From a virus, in IMG/VR virus record IMGVR_UViG_3300017605_000140, positions 32,001 to 96,000 of that record: a stretch of DNA of 64,000 nt; one strand, written 5' to 3'. Positions 19,582 through 29,567 of the stretch are shown piece by piece (position 1 is the stretch's first letter; every line of letters begins with the position of its first letter). Position numbers and translations under genes: made by a program. Under the pieces are notes generated by a model. It did no database searches, was not told the DNA's origin, and worked only from the letters and a program-made list of their open reading frames with translations.

Positions 19582-20283
19582 CTATAAACCAATTATTGTA
19601 TTTGGATTAAAAGGTAAAGCTGGTGGATCACGATGATATGTAACAGAACAAAAAGCGCTACCTACTAGAGGAGATGTGTAACAATCTTGTCGCACGTACA
19701 TTCTTACTCCTGTACCTTTTGTCCAAGGAGCGGTGAAGGACGCTGATTGGTAAGCGGCTTTCTGCCAGCCAATAGGAAAAAATCCAGCTTGCGCTACCAG
19801 GTATGGGGCGCTCCCTATGGCAGTAAGACCAATTTTTAATTCACCGTTTCTATTGAATACTGGTTGCTCGTTATCATGAGGAAGACTATCAGAACGCCAT
19901 CTCATAAAAATGTCAAAAGTGTATACTCCTGAACGTGGGCACGTTATAGTGGCTCCTCCACCCCACATTTGACTAGTATCCATAGATCGTGTTGTCCAAG
20001 TTACTGGAGCATCATCACCTGCGTAGGCAATTTCAAAATTATGAGCTGCTACGCTGACAAAAGGATTAGCAAGTCCTTGTCTTACAGAAGAAATTCTAGT
20101 ACTTACATCAGACCAAGAATAAGACCTGTTATCTATAGTTTCTTTATTAGGATTTATACCTAGTGTGTTCTGCACTGCTTGAATTTCATCATAGGATACG
20201 TTTACATCAGCAGCTTCTACAAGTTCAGTAAAGTCCTGTCTGTATGTAAATTTTTTAACAGCGGATGGATATACAGCTACCAT
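19582..20283 (-). CDS. tail/baseplate accessory protein (C1q-like C terminus)
   Basis: V.AADVN...DEI.AVQ.TLG N terminus; ITCPRSGVY motif. Confidence 0.6.
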   Translation of the reverse strand: MVAVYPSAVKKFTYRQDFTELVEAADVNVSYDEIQAVQNTLGINPNKETIDNRSYSWSDVSTRISSVRQGLANPFVSVAAHNFEIAYAGDDAPVTWTTRSMDTSQMWGGGATITCPRSGVYTFDIFMRWRSDSLPHDNEQPVFNRNGELKIGLTAIGSAPYLVAQAGFFPIGWQKAAYQSASFTAPWTKGTGVRMYVRQDCYTSPLVGSAFCSVTYHRDPPALPFNPNTIIGL

Positions 20284-20295
20284 ATTTACTCCCTA

Positions 20296-21822
20296 TCAGG
20301 TTGCCGTTACATTGATTATTATATTTCCAGCAGTAGGTAGCTCAAATACTCTCATGAGAATATCAGCAGCTCCGGATTGTATAGCGTCACTGCGGACAAA
20401 TAGTGGAATACTTACGTACTGTACTCCAGGAATATTATACAGGGCTGAATAAACTGCGCTTAATGATATTCTTCCACCAAGAGAAACATTACTTGGAGCA
20501 AATAGATTCTGTATGGCCTGTGTGGCTAAAGTTTGTATAGACAACGGACTATAACGAGAGCTGCAACCTATAATAACAGGACTGGACACAGATCCCACAT
20601 TTATAGGTACCAATGTCGCAGCAGTACAGGTTACTACTGTTCCTGCTAAGGCGAGAGGTTGCAGATACGCTGTTACAGTGTCTAGCGTAGCTTGGTTTGG
20701 CAAAGTATTTCCGGAGCCAGTTATATACACTGTTATATTAGTGTATAGATTGGCTACAGCTTTTGCTTGGGAAACAATGGGAAGTGACATGGCTAAGTTA
20801 CCAAAATCTTCTAAAGTAACCGCACGTTGCTGAGTAGTAAACGCTCTTGGAGCGTTTACGCGTATCTGGTCAATAGTCTCTGCTGCTGTGCCACCTGTTG
20901 TAGCGGATGAACCTGAAATAGTTACACCCAGTATAGGAGATGCTATATCTACTATAGAGTTAGCAGACAGATTACCTATAATTCCCCCACCTACACGGTA
21001 ATTAGCATAAATATTTAATCCTGAAGAAGGAACCGCACCATTTATATTATCTCCAAAGTGAATACTTACTACTCCGGAAGCATCAACACTTTCTGACCAA
21101 GAAAGGCTAGAAGAATTAGCTTGCTGTAAAGAATCGACTTTATTCCAGGCGAGTACAGGATCAATTCCACTGGTACCTGGAAACGCAGGGTTTTGTACAT
21201 ATACAGTTATAGAGCCACTTACTACAGGATTATTGGTTAACGAAAAAGTTTGTAAATCAGAACCATCTGAAGTACCTAAGAGTTCAGTAGTAATATCATA
21301 AGGTGCTGCTGTAGAGTTTCCTATTGTAAATACCGAAGATCCTTGTGTAGCCCCTTGAACTACTGGAACGGTTACAGTGCCACCGTTAGCAGGAACAGTA
21401 GCTGCTTGAGTCGTTTCAAATATAATGGGACCATTAATACTGGATACGTAGTTAGTAGTTACTTGGGTGGCCGCTGGAACCTCTACAGCGGGACCAGGAT
21501 TAGCACTTTGAAAAGTAGTTGTACCCGTAGAAGCTAATGCTTGTCCAGGTGTGTACCCCAGTAGAGCTGCTAACTGAATAACAGAAGATAATTGTGTAGC
21601 AGTACCTATATAGGCTTCTCCTACTATACGATCTCCATAATAAGATAGTACATCCAATTCCCTGGCTAAAGATTCCAAAAGCATAACTTCAAGACTACCA
21701 GGATTTTGGTTAGTCCATTCAGGGAATGCTGTTGTAGCAAAGGTTAACATAGAATTAATAAAACCTGTGTAATCTTTGCTCGTATAGTCTATAGCTGGTA
21801 CACCATTATTAACTACCGCCAT
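20296..21822 (-). CDS. baseplate J-like wedge protein
   Basis: IDYTSKDY...PEWT, FGDNINGAVP, YRVGGG..GN, RAVTLEDF. Confidence 0.9.
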   Translation of the reverse strand: MAVVNNGVPAIDYTSKDYTGFINSMLTFATTAFPEWTNQNPGSLEVMLLESLARELDVLSYYGDRIVGEAYIGTATQLSSVIQLAALLGYTPGQALASTGTTTFQSANPGPAVEVPAATQVTTNYVSSINGPIIFETTQAATVPANGGTVTVPVVQGATQGSSVFTIGNSTAAPYDITTELLGTSDGSDLQTFSLTNNPVVSGSITVYVQNPAFPGTSGIDPVLAWNKVDSLQQANSSSLSWSESVDASGVVSIHFGDNINGAVPSSGLNIYANYRVGGGIIGNLSANSIVDIASPILGVTISGSSATTGGTAAETIDQIRVNAPRAFTTQQRAVTLEDFGNLAMSLPIVSQAKAVANLYTNITVYITGSGNTLPNQATLDTVTAYLQPLALAGTVVTCTAATLVPINVGSVSSPVIIGCSSRYSPLSIQTLATQAIQNLFAPSNVSLGGRISLSAVYSALYNIPGVQYVSIPLFVRSDAIQSGAADILMRVFELPTAGNIIINVTAT

Positions 21823-22228
21823 TAGAAGTCACCTCTGTTATCGTTCCTCCGATTTGAATGGTTACAACATCTGCTATAGCTCTAACAGTGGAAGCTTGTA
21901 GAACTGGAGCGTAATTCACCTTTACTTTTGCTACACCATTATTTGATTCATTAGTTTCAGGAGTAACAGATAAAGTTTGTATACCTGGTTCATACGTATT
22001 TAGCTGCTGTGTAACTAAACCACTTAGTTCAGTAGCTATAAATTTATTATTGGGATCAAACAATATTCGTGATAATGGTAGGCCCATTGTGGCACGCATG
22101 GCTCTCTGTCCCACTTCAGTAGATACAATTGCGTCTACCCGTTGCTGTACTTGAATACTAAGGTCAGTTTCTACAGCTACTGCACCATTTTGTAGAACAG
22201 TAAAAGGAATACTTAGTTGTGAGCCCAT
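21809..22228 (-). CDS. gp25/GPW-like baseplate wedge (sheath initiator)
   Basis: LSIPF...ST.VGQR.MR...G...F...L..YEP.I. Confidence 0.8.
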   Translation of the reverse strand: MGSQLSIPFTVLQNGAVAVETDLSIQVQQRVDAIVSTEVGQRAMRATMGLPLSRILFDPNNKFIATELSGLVTQQLNTYEPGIQTLSVTPETNESNNGVAKVKVNYAPVLQASTVRAIADVVTIQIGGTITEVTSNGGS

Positions 22229-22251
22229 AAAATTATCCCATATCGTAGTGG

Positions 22252-22482
22252 CTAAACGCTATTTGCAAAATAAAAAGGTTTGGTAATATCTCCGCCGCTA
22301 AAGCCTATCCATACTGTAGAACCAACTAAGGGTGTAGGCATTGCTGGATTAACTGGTTCAGCTTGTCTTATTTCAGCTATCCCGGCTATCTGAGGACATT
22401 GAACTCTTATTTTTCCTGAACCTGAAAGATCTGTAGTTGATGTTACTAAGGATCTATATAAAGCATCGTATCTATGTTGCAT
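22252..22482 (-). CDS. gp5/VgrG OB-fold spike protein (minimal)
   Basis: YR..V....D....GKIRVQCP...P.VGSTVWIGF.GGD...P. Confidence 0.75.
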   Translation of the reverse strand: MQHRYDALYRSLVTSTTDLSGSGKIRVQCPQIAGIAEIRQAEPVNPAMPTPLVGSTVWIGFSGGDITKPFYFANSV

Positions 22483-23713
22483 ATACCGTAGCTCCCGTGT
22501 TCGAAGAACGCCAGCGTCCTCCTATTAAAGCTGCTGGAATGTTCTGTGTTATTACGGATGTATCAGAAAATGTGGTGGTATTTGCTGTGTATATTTGATC
22601 ACGCACTAACTCTACATTAGTAGCGTAAGTAACGTCTATCTGGCTACCAGTAGGGGCAGCCTTAGTTAAAGTATGTGTAGCACACTGCACTAACCATATT
22701 CCCGCATCATTCACTGGGATAGTAGTTCCTACGAGATTCACTAAAGTATTAGGACGAACTCTGGCATCTCCTCGTAGATCTGCGTTAGCAGTATTCCAGT
22801 ATAGATTTCTAAAGTAATCCCCGGTAACTTTTTGTGTAGCTTCATAATATGATTCAGCCGGTGCTTCATTATAATACTTAGTTATTGAAGGAGCTAATGG
22901 AACTGAAGAATTTTCTGAAGAAGGCGTTACTGGTTGAATAGTAGACTGTATTAATGTATTAGTATAAGGATTTAGTCCTACAATATTTCTATTAGCGACA
23001 ATTCCTCCATCAGGAGTTATAGTACCTACTACAGGAGTGAAGCTTCTTATAGTGTCCCACAACCCTGGTTGATTATATGACCAGAACTGTGGGACATTTC
23101 TTGTATTACTTTTATCCAGAATTTGCTTGGGATTAATAAAGTATAAGTCTGTGTTATCTATATAAAATCTAAAACCTATTTCTGATGCTAACTGTGAAAT
23201 AAATTTAAAGTCACTAGTATTTTGAAGTCGGTAGTCAATTGCTGATACATACTTATGGATAATACCTCTAAAACCATTCTTATTTGCTATACTACCTGCC
23301 ATAGTGGAAGGGCTTGTATGCTTCCATGCAGTGTTATTAGTGGATTGCATTACTTGAGATGTTCCAGTAATCGTATACTGAACAGTTGTAGTAACTATAT
23401 TATTATATCCGGGATCAGTACCGCTTCGTAAAAGTTTATAAGAAGCTACATACCCTAGAAAAGGAGAAATATAATGAGGTCTTTGGCCATAGTTAATTTG
23501 AACAGGTGTCTGTTCTTTTAAATACTGCCAAGTGTTACTAGCACCTGGAGTATTAGTGCCTATATTCTTCCCCACATATACTACATCAAGTAGAGCTATC
23601 GGGTGCGCATTAGTTTCCTGGATAATTTTAACACAAGGAGTGTACTGAGGTAACGGTATATTACCATTAGTAATTACTTCAAAATACGGCAAGGAGGGTG
23701 AGGAATTAAGCAT
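22472..23713 (-). CDS. baseplate hub (gpD/gp27-like)
   Basis: Q..SDF.FI..LA.E.GF.F and GDARVRP...V...G.W.V....H motifs. Confidence 0.8.
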   Translation of the reverse strand: MLNSSPSLPYFEVITNGNIPLPQYTPCVKIIQETNAHPIALLDVVYVGKNIGTNTPGASNTWQYLKEQTPVQINYGQRPHYISPFLGYVASYKLLRSGTDPGYNNIVTTTVQYTITGTSQVMQSTNNTAWKHTSPSTMAGSIANKNGFRGIIHKYVSAIDYRLQNTSDFKFISQLASEIGFRFYIDNTDLYFINPKQILDKSNTRNVPQFWSYNQPGLWDTIRSFTPVVGTITPDGGIVANRNIVGLNPYTNTLIQSTIQPVTPSSENSSVPLAPSITKYYNEAPAESYYEATQKVTGDYFRNLYWNTANADLRGDARVRPNTLVNLVGTTIPVNDAGIWLVQCATHTLTKAAPTGSQIDVTYATNVELVRDQIYTANTTTFSDTSVITQNIPAALIGGRWRSSNTGATVYAT

Positions 23714-23987
23714 TAGGTACTCTTATCTGAGTACCATTTTTTAATGTACTCCAAAATAATATCTCAGGATTAACATCTGCTATTCTCCACCACTGAGTTT
23801 CATCGCCATATGCTGAGTGAGCTAGATAATCTATACGGTCCCCATTTTGCCAAGTATAGGTACTTATACTATAAGTTGTTGCTTTATCTGGAGGAGAAAT
23901 TAATATAGTAGCTCGCACAGTTCCAGTAGGATCAATAATAGGAGTTACTAAATTATCTGCATAACGGCTGAACTGACTTATAGACAT
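23706..23987 (-). CDS. LysM-like baseplate (tail X) protein
   Basis: YT...GDRIDYLA...YGD...WW.IAD.NP...G..IRVP. Confidence 0.85.
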   Translation of the reverse strand: MSISQFSRYADNLVTPIIDPTGTVRATILISPPDKATTYSISTYTWQNGDRIDYLAHSAYGDETQWWRIADVNPEILFWSTLKNGTQIRVPNA

Positions 23988-23996
23988 AATAACTCC

Positions 23997-24788
23997 TTAA
24001 GAAAGCGGTGTCCCAATACTGCTAGCTATACTACTAGTAGCTACTTGAGACATTACAGTGAATGATACATCTACGGCACAACGTGATGGAACCATATTTG
24101 AAGCAAAATGGGTCCATGTCACATTTTGTCCGCTTATATATCCAAAGTAAGATAGTGCACCCTTGGAACTCTCTCCGAAATAAAGATTAGCTGGTACTAA
24201 TTGCATAGGTCCCTGAACAACATTAGTAACTTTAGCAGGATTTATAGCTGGAGGGGCTGCTTGTCTTTGTGTATTAGTCTGTACTTGAGTTATATTTATA
24301 CCCAATAAATTATAGAAAGCTTCCACATCAACACGTGCCCCATATGTTCCTGCTAACGTTCCCACATAACCAGAATCCCATAATTCAAAAGTACGATCAA
24401 ATAACAAAGAAAAAGAGATAGTAGTATTTAAGCTAGTAGCATATGACCCCGGGTCATCTGGTCTTCTGGCGTAAGCTGGAAGAACTCCGCTGTTTAAGTC
24501 AATAGATCTACTTTCAGAAATAGTGGAGGGATTATAGAGAAAATTAACCTTATACTGTATATTCCCACTAACCCCTCCAACACCTGCGCCAGCTACAATT
24601 ATTCCCCTGTATATATTTCCTACTTTAGAGCTAAAGTTTTTCCTAATTGTGGGATTAGTAGCAGTATTAGCTCCACCTACTGTAAGAATATTAGGATGGA
24701 ATGTTGGATTCTCAAAAACTGTTATTCCTGGTTTCCCGCTGAGTGTGGGATATATAGTACCATTTATAGGCTCAATAGGAAAAGTCAT
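23997..24788 (-). CDS. tail tube initiator (CIS-tube-like)
   Basis: FLYNP..I, ISFSLLFD, G.I....VT.THF...M.P.R..V.VSF. Confidence 0.7.
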   Translation of the reverse strand: MTFPIEPINGTIYPTLSGKPGITVFENPTFHPNILTVGGANTATNPTIRKNFSSKVGNIYRGIIVAGAGVGGVSGNIQYKVNFLYNPSTISESRSIDLNSGVLPAYARRPDDPGSYATSLNTTISFSLLFDRTFELWDSGYVGTLAGTYGARVDVEAFYNLLGINITQVQTNTQRQAAPPAINPAKVTNVVQGPMQLVPANLYFGESSKGALSYFGYISGQNVTWTHFASNMVPSRCAVDVSFTVMSQVATSSIASSIGTPLS

Positions 24789-27775
24789 TACTGTCCTATC
24801 TGTAGATTTTTAATACGAAGTTGTTCATTCATAGAGTCTACTATCAGCTTACCAGTTAACTTAGCATCAATAGAAGAACCAGAATATCCAGACGGAAGAT
24901 TAACATTTATATCTCCGAACTGAACAGTAGTACCTGATGAACCTTTAAGGTTAGGATTAAAGGTATTATTCAAAAGAGTCTGGCGAATTGTTTCCGCTTG
25001 TTGAGCAGGAATAATCATTTCACCTTGGTGAACTGTGGCCTTTTGATCCTTGTCAATATTCCAAGCACCAGCCGCATACCAATTATTTCTCTGGTGGAAA
25101 GACCAAGCAGCATTAGGACTATGGTATCTGTTGTCAATATAATCCATCATCCAACGAAGTTGGGTTTCTCCGTTGGTCTTCCAGTCCGATCCCGCACTAG
25201 CGTATTTACCAGGTGGAAGAGCCTGTGCCAATCCGTAAGCACCTGAGCTAGGATTAGTAGCTTTAGGATTCCACCCCGCTTCGGACATTTCCAGAGAGTT
25301 AAACGCTCCCCATTGACCTGCCCACCCTCTTTGTGCTAATAATTTTTTAGCATAAGCTTGTAGGGAAGATACCTTGTTACTACCAGTTCCTTTTACATTT
25401 CCCGTAGGATTAGGGTTTCCGGATGTATTGGCAGCACCACTAGAAGCGGCTGTAAGACCTACCGACCCACCACCAGTGGCCCCACTTAGTGAACTCATCA
25501 GAGCCTCTAATTCAGAAGTTCCTTTATAGCTACCAATATCCCCACCAGATTTAGACTGTTGGTTATTAAGTGTGTCAGTGTTTGAACTATTCTCATTTAA
25601 CAAAGAATTCATATTACCTACAGATCCCAGAATTCTTCGAGCGTTAGTAAACTCTCCAGGCTTAAATGACCGGATACGAACATTAGCCCCCGTATGGGGA
25701 GCCTCAATAACTTTTCCACCACCTATAGCCATAACAACATGATGTGCGGGGTTACCGTTGAACAGTAGATCTCCTGGCTGTACTTGGTCGGTAGGTACTG
25801 GCTTTCCCTGCTTTTGCTGATCAGCAGCAGTACGAGGGAGTTTTACACCCGCTTTGCCATAGGCCCATTGTATAAGACCAGAACAATCCCACCCATTAGG
25901 GCCAGTGCCTCCCCACACATAAGGATCACCTAGTTCTTTTTCTGCAAAACTAATTACTTGAGCAGCATTCGCACCACTGTTAGTACCCGTAGCTCTTATA
26001 GATCCACCACTACCACCACCAGTAGCACTATTACTAGAACCTCCGAATATACTGGTTAACTTATTAAGACCCTTTTTACCCCATTTTGCCCCAGTAGCAA
26101 TTTGTCCAAATGGGTTGAGCACGTTCATTGGAGAAGTAAGAGCTTTACCAGCAGCTTTTCTATATATATCAAATTGAGACATATTAGCTGTTACTTTATC
26201 ATCAGCATGTAAGCCTAGATAAGCTGCACCCGCCGCAGCAGTAACACCTAGTCCAGCTAATCCAGTAGTAGCCGCACCGCTTATTCCGGTAGCACCAGTT
26301 CCTGGTACACTCCATACACCATTAGCGCCTTGTGTGGCGGATAACAATCCATTAGTAGCGCCTGTACGAGCAGCACCTCCGCCGCCCCCGCTGAATAGCC
26401 CACCTAAACCGCTTAGAAGGCTGCCTCCGCCCCTGAAAAGTCTAGCAGCACCAAAGAGACCTACCCCAGCTCCAAAGGCGTTACCGAAGCCACTGAGGGC
26501 ATTTGAGAAGGGTGCTGCCCAACCGGCTCCGGTACCAATAGCCTGATCCAAATGTGTTGTCTTTAAGAAGGCTGTAAGAGCATTGCTGAATTTATTCACT
26601 GCTTTGGTAGCACTGTCAAACGCAGGAGCAAGACTATTAAGAATATCATTCTGACGTGTAAGTCTTGTGGCATTCAAATTTCTCTGATTTTCAAACATAG
26701 AAGAGCCCATACCAGTAGTTTTAGCTAACTGATTTATAGCACTTTTATCTCCTGTACCAGCTTTTTCTAATAAATTATAATATCTGGAAGAAGAAATACC
26801 CTTATTCTGGGAGACTACTTGTCCCCTAATAATATTCTGATATTCCTGAATAGTATTCTGGTTCCACCCCATAGCCTGACCAAAATACTGAAGATTTACA
26901 TTAAGACTTCCACCCTGAGATAAAGAAGCATCTAATTGTTGGGGATTAATACGTTGATTACCAAAAGTTCTGGAATATATAGACTGAGCAATATTGCTCA
27001 TAGTGTTTTTCTTACCACCAGCAAGAATAGGACTTGCCAAACCTAAAGCAGGGGCTACCATGGTAGCTCTGGCACTGAAGGTTTGCTGTGCTGCGGTTGC
27101 TCCGCCTGTAGCTCCCAAGGTAGGACTAGCATAAGCAAAGGCATTAGCTTGACGCATACCTGAAACAAAGGCAGGATTAGCTTGTCCATTAAACTGGGAG
27201 TTTCCAAAAGTATATTGGTTAACATACGCGGCTCTGGCAGCATCTGTAGCATTTAGTGCTGCATAGTTATTATTGAATGCTAAAGCTCTAGCTGTCTCAG
27301 CCGGTCCTCGAAAACCACCAGTAAATCCACCAGCAATAGCAGACTGAGTACCATAAAAATCCATCTGCATATTTGTGGACATATTCTTATTGGCGTAACC
27401 CGTCAGTCCGGAAAGAACCGCCGCAGTAGCTCCCAATCCAGCAGAGAGTCTAGAGTTTCTTCCTAAGGGACCAAAAGCTCCGTTACCTCCATTAGGAGAC
27501 ATACCACCGAAACTGCCACCACTGAAGTTTCCGCCACCGCCGTTAGTAGAGTAGCTGGATCTATTAGAACCAGAATTCCAGAGAATACCCATGGTACTTC
27601 CACTAGAACCCGCAGCTCTGTTAGCAGCACCTGTCATATTACCAAAACCGGTGGACAATCTTCCTACATCAGAAGTAAGTCTTCCAATATTGGTAGTTAA
27701 AGAATCAACCGCTTGTTGAAGACCATTGGTCCCAAGCAAGCGGCTGGCTCCTATATTATTCTCATCAGCCATCAA
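24788..27775 (-). CDS. tape measure protein with NlpC/P60 peptidase and transglycosylase-like domains
   Basis: Gly/Ala-rich; G.PYVWGG.GP.GWDCSGL...H; EAGWNP.A.NPSSGAYGLAQALP. Confidence 0.88.
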   Translation of the reverse strand: MMADENNIGASRLLGTNGLQQAVDSLTTNIGRLTSDVGRLSTGFGNMTGAANRAAGSSGSTMGILWNSGSNRSSYSTNGGGGNFSGGSFGGMSPNGGNGAFGPLGRNSRLSAGLGATAAVLSGLTGYANKNMSTNMQMDFYGTQSAIAGGFTGGFRGPAETARALAFNNNYAALNATDAARAAYVNQYTFGNSQFNGQANPAFVSGMRQANAFAYASPTLGATGGATAAQQTFSARATMVAPALGLASPILAGGKKNTMSNIAQSIYSRTFGNQRINPQQLDASLSQGGSLNVNLQYFGQAMGWNQNTIQEYQNIIRGQVVSQNKGISSSRYYNLLEKAGTGDKSAINQLAKTTGMGSSMFENQRNLNATRLTRQNDILNSLAPAFDSATKAVNKFSNALTAFLKTTHLDQAIGTGAGWAAPFSNALSGFGNAFGAGVGLFGAARLFRGGGSLLSGLGGLFSGGGGGAARTGATNGLLSATQGANGVWSVPGTGATGISGAATTGLAGLGVTAAAGAAYLGLHADDKVTANMSQFDIYRKAAGKALTSPMNVLNPFGQIATGAKWGKKGLNKLTSIFGGSSNSATGGGSGGSIRATGTNSGANAAQVISFAEKELGDPYVWGGTGPNGWDCSGLIQWAYGKAGVKLPRTAADQQKQGKPVPTDQVQPGDLLFNGNPAHHVVMAIGGGKVIEAPHTGANVRIRSFKPGEFTNARRILGSVGNMNSLLNENSSNTDTLNNQQSKSGGDIGSYKGTSELEALMSSLSGATGGGSVGLTAASSGAANTSGNPNPTGNVKGTGSNKVSSLQAYAKKLLAQRGWAGQWGAFNSLEMSEAGWNPKATNPSSGAYGLAQALPPGKYASAGSDWKTNGETQLRWMMDYIDNRYHSPNAAWSFHQRNNWYAAGAWNIDKDQKATVHQGEMIIPAQQAETIRQTLLNNTFNPNLKGSSGTTVQFGDINVNLPSGYSGSSIDAKLTGKLIVDSMNEQLRIKNLQIGQ

Positions 27776-27809
27776 TATCTCCTAAGTTACTTTATTACTT
27801 TTAATTATA

Positions 27810-28049
27810 TTACCTATAAGGCATTCCACCAAAAGTAACCCCTTCACCAATGGATCTAGTAATGACTTGATTTGAATTGTTGAGTTGGTGCACTCTTTCG
27901 TATTCTTGTTCTAGCTTATAGACGTATCTATTAACCCAGTGTTTACGCTCTCTGTAGGTTAATTTTTTAGATTCAGAAATAGGCCAATTAAAAGCTTCTA
28001 CTAACTGTTCATAATCTTTATACAGAATTTGGTAATCAGAGTTCCTGAA
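27810..28049 (-). CDS. tail assembly chaperone downstream frame reached by +1 frameshift (T4 gp51/DUF6760-like)
   Basis: 79-codon frame FRNSDYQILYKDYEQLVEAFNWPISESKKLTYRERKHWV... with no usable start codon of its own. Confidence 0.7.
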   Translation of the reverse strand, partial: FRNSDYQILYKDYEQLVEAFNWPISESKKLTYRERKHWVNRYVYKLEQEYERVHQLNNSNQVITRSIGEGVTFGGMPYR

Positions 28050-28899
28050 ATAGGATACCCACGTTTAGTGGGACAAGAACCTCACCCTCGCAAGAAGAGC
28101 ATTGTGCAACTACTTTATCGTATCTGGGACCAGGCTGATTATTATAAATGTAATCCTGTAAAGTCTTACGGTCAGCAAGTCCTAGTTTCTTAACATCACT
28201 TAAACCTTTAGAAAGTCTTTCAGTACCATCAGGTTCTATAAATGACAGTACACAAAAAGCTAACGTTAAGCTATTCATCTCTGGAATAGTCAATTGACTT
28301 TTGAATATGTCATTCTGAACTGCACCAGTAGGGAACTGTACACGGGCTTTACGTCCCTTACGTATATCCACAAGAAAATCGCGTACTTCTGGATCAGCTA
28401 ATTCCTGTACAGGAATATCTTTCAGATTAAGTGTTAAATCATTAGATTCCCCACAACTCTCACAAGCTACACCAAACAGTTCGAACTCATCCCCGAAAGT
28501 TGCACGTCTTATACCTAGCATTAACATATCCAGGTCACCCTGTAATAAGGAATCTAAGATATCAGTAGATATTTCAGTATCCCCAATAGCCACAGTACCG
28601 CATTGTAAAAGAGTGCTTACATACTTTGCAGGATTATTAGAGGTTCTAGCCTTGGCAAGTTTTTCCTCATGTTCCCCAGTTAGTTCCTGAATTTCTGCTT
28701 CACGTACTACCCTGTTATCAAGTAATAATCCTGCGGGAAGTTTTATAAAGGTATCAGGTAGCTCACCTATTACTGGCACAGGATTAAGAGAATGAAGAAC
28801 TTTCTTAGTAAGAGCATTTAAATCTGATGATGCGGCGTTTACAACTTGACCCTCAACATCATCAAAAGTCATAGAATATTCGGGCTGCTCGTAATCCAT
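28036..28899 (-). CDS. tail/baseplate assembly chaperone (T4 gp26-like)
   Basis: ELTG..EE, L..GD...L...IR..TFG, two CxxC motifs; sits between tube and tape measure. Confidence 0.75.
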   Translation of the reverse strand: MDYEQPEYSMTFDDVEGQVVNAASSDLNALTKKVLHSLNPVPVIGELPDTFIKLPAGLLLDNRVVREAEIQELTGEHEEKLAKARTSNNPAKYVSTLLQCGTVAIGDTEISTDILDSLLQGDLDMLMLGIRRATFGDEFELFGVACESCGESNDLTLNLKDIPVQELADPEVRDFLVDIRKGRKARVQFPTGAVQNDIFKSQLTIPEMNSLTLAFCVLSFIEPDGTERLSKGLSDVKKLGLADRKTLQDYIYNNQPGPRYDKVVAQCSSCEGEVLVPLNVGILFQEL

Positions 28900-28978
28900 A
28901 TTAGGTTTCCTTTAGTAGTTCGGGTTCGTTCTATCTTAACTATTCTACAACATGGGGATATATAACTCTAATTAGAAC

Positions 28979-29554
28979 TCAAAAAGAAACCCCGTTTAAG
29001 CCAATAGAGCTAGCTAATTTGAAATCAAAACCTTCATGAGCAAGACTTAGCTGCTGCATAAGAACAGCATTCGCACCAGCGTCTAAATCAGAGAATGCTA
29101 TGGAAGTTGGCCATGCATTGTAAATTCTGTAAATAGCCTTTACAGGAACTTGCTTGGTAGTTACCGGGTGGTCTAATACCATAACATCAATAGTTGCGCG
29201 GAAATCCTGTCCAGGAGATCCTGTACCTGTTCCCTGCATAACAGTGAATAGTTCTCTCATCCACTGCCACATTGGGCCAGAACCTACAGCAACACCCTGA
29301 GATAGGGTAATAGGTGCAAAATCACTCTGACCAGGCATCTTCTGAGTAGTGGTATTCATTCCACCCTCACGATATGGAATTACTTCAGTGGTTATATTCA
29401 GCCCACTAACAGTCATGAATCCCATAGTGGCAAAACCACGAATATGCGGATGCATGATATTAACATTGAACTTAAAGTTTCTTAATGGGTCTGTAGCTAA
29501 ATGGGCAATAGAGGGAGTTGCCTTAGCTATAGGTGCTGCGATTGATGTAGCCAT
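28979..29554 (-). CDS. tail tube protein (T4 gp19-like)
   Basis: DPLRNFKF, YREGG...K.PG, ITL..G, NAWP...SDLDA, L.HEG. Confidence 0.92.
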   Translation of the reverse strand: MATSIAAPIAKATPSIAHLATDPLRNFKFNVNIMHPHIRGFATMGFMTVSGLNITTEVIPYREGGMNTTTQKMPGQSDFAPITLSQGVAVGSGPMWQWMRELFTVMQGTGTGSPGQDFRATIDVMVLDHPVTTKQVPVKAIYRIYNAWPTSIAFSDLDAGANAVLMQQLSLAHEGFDFKLASSIGLNGVSF

Positions 29555-29567
29555 TTAATTAATCTCC

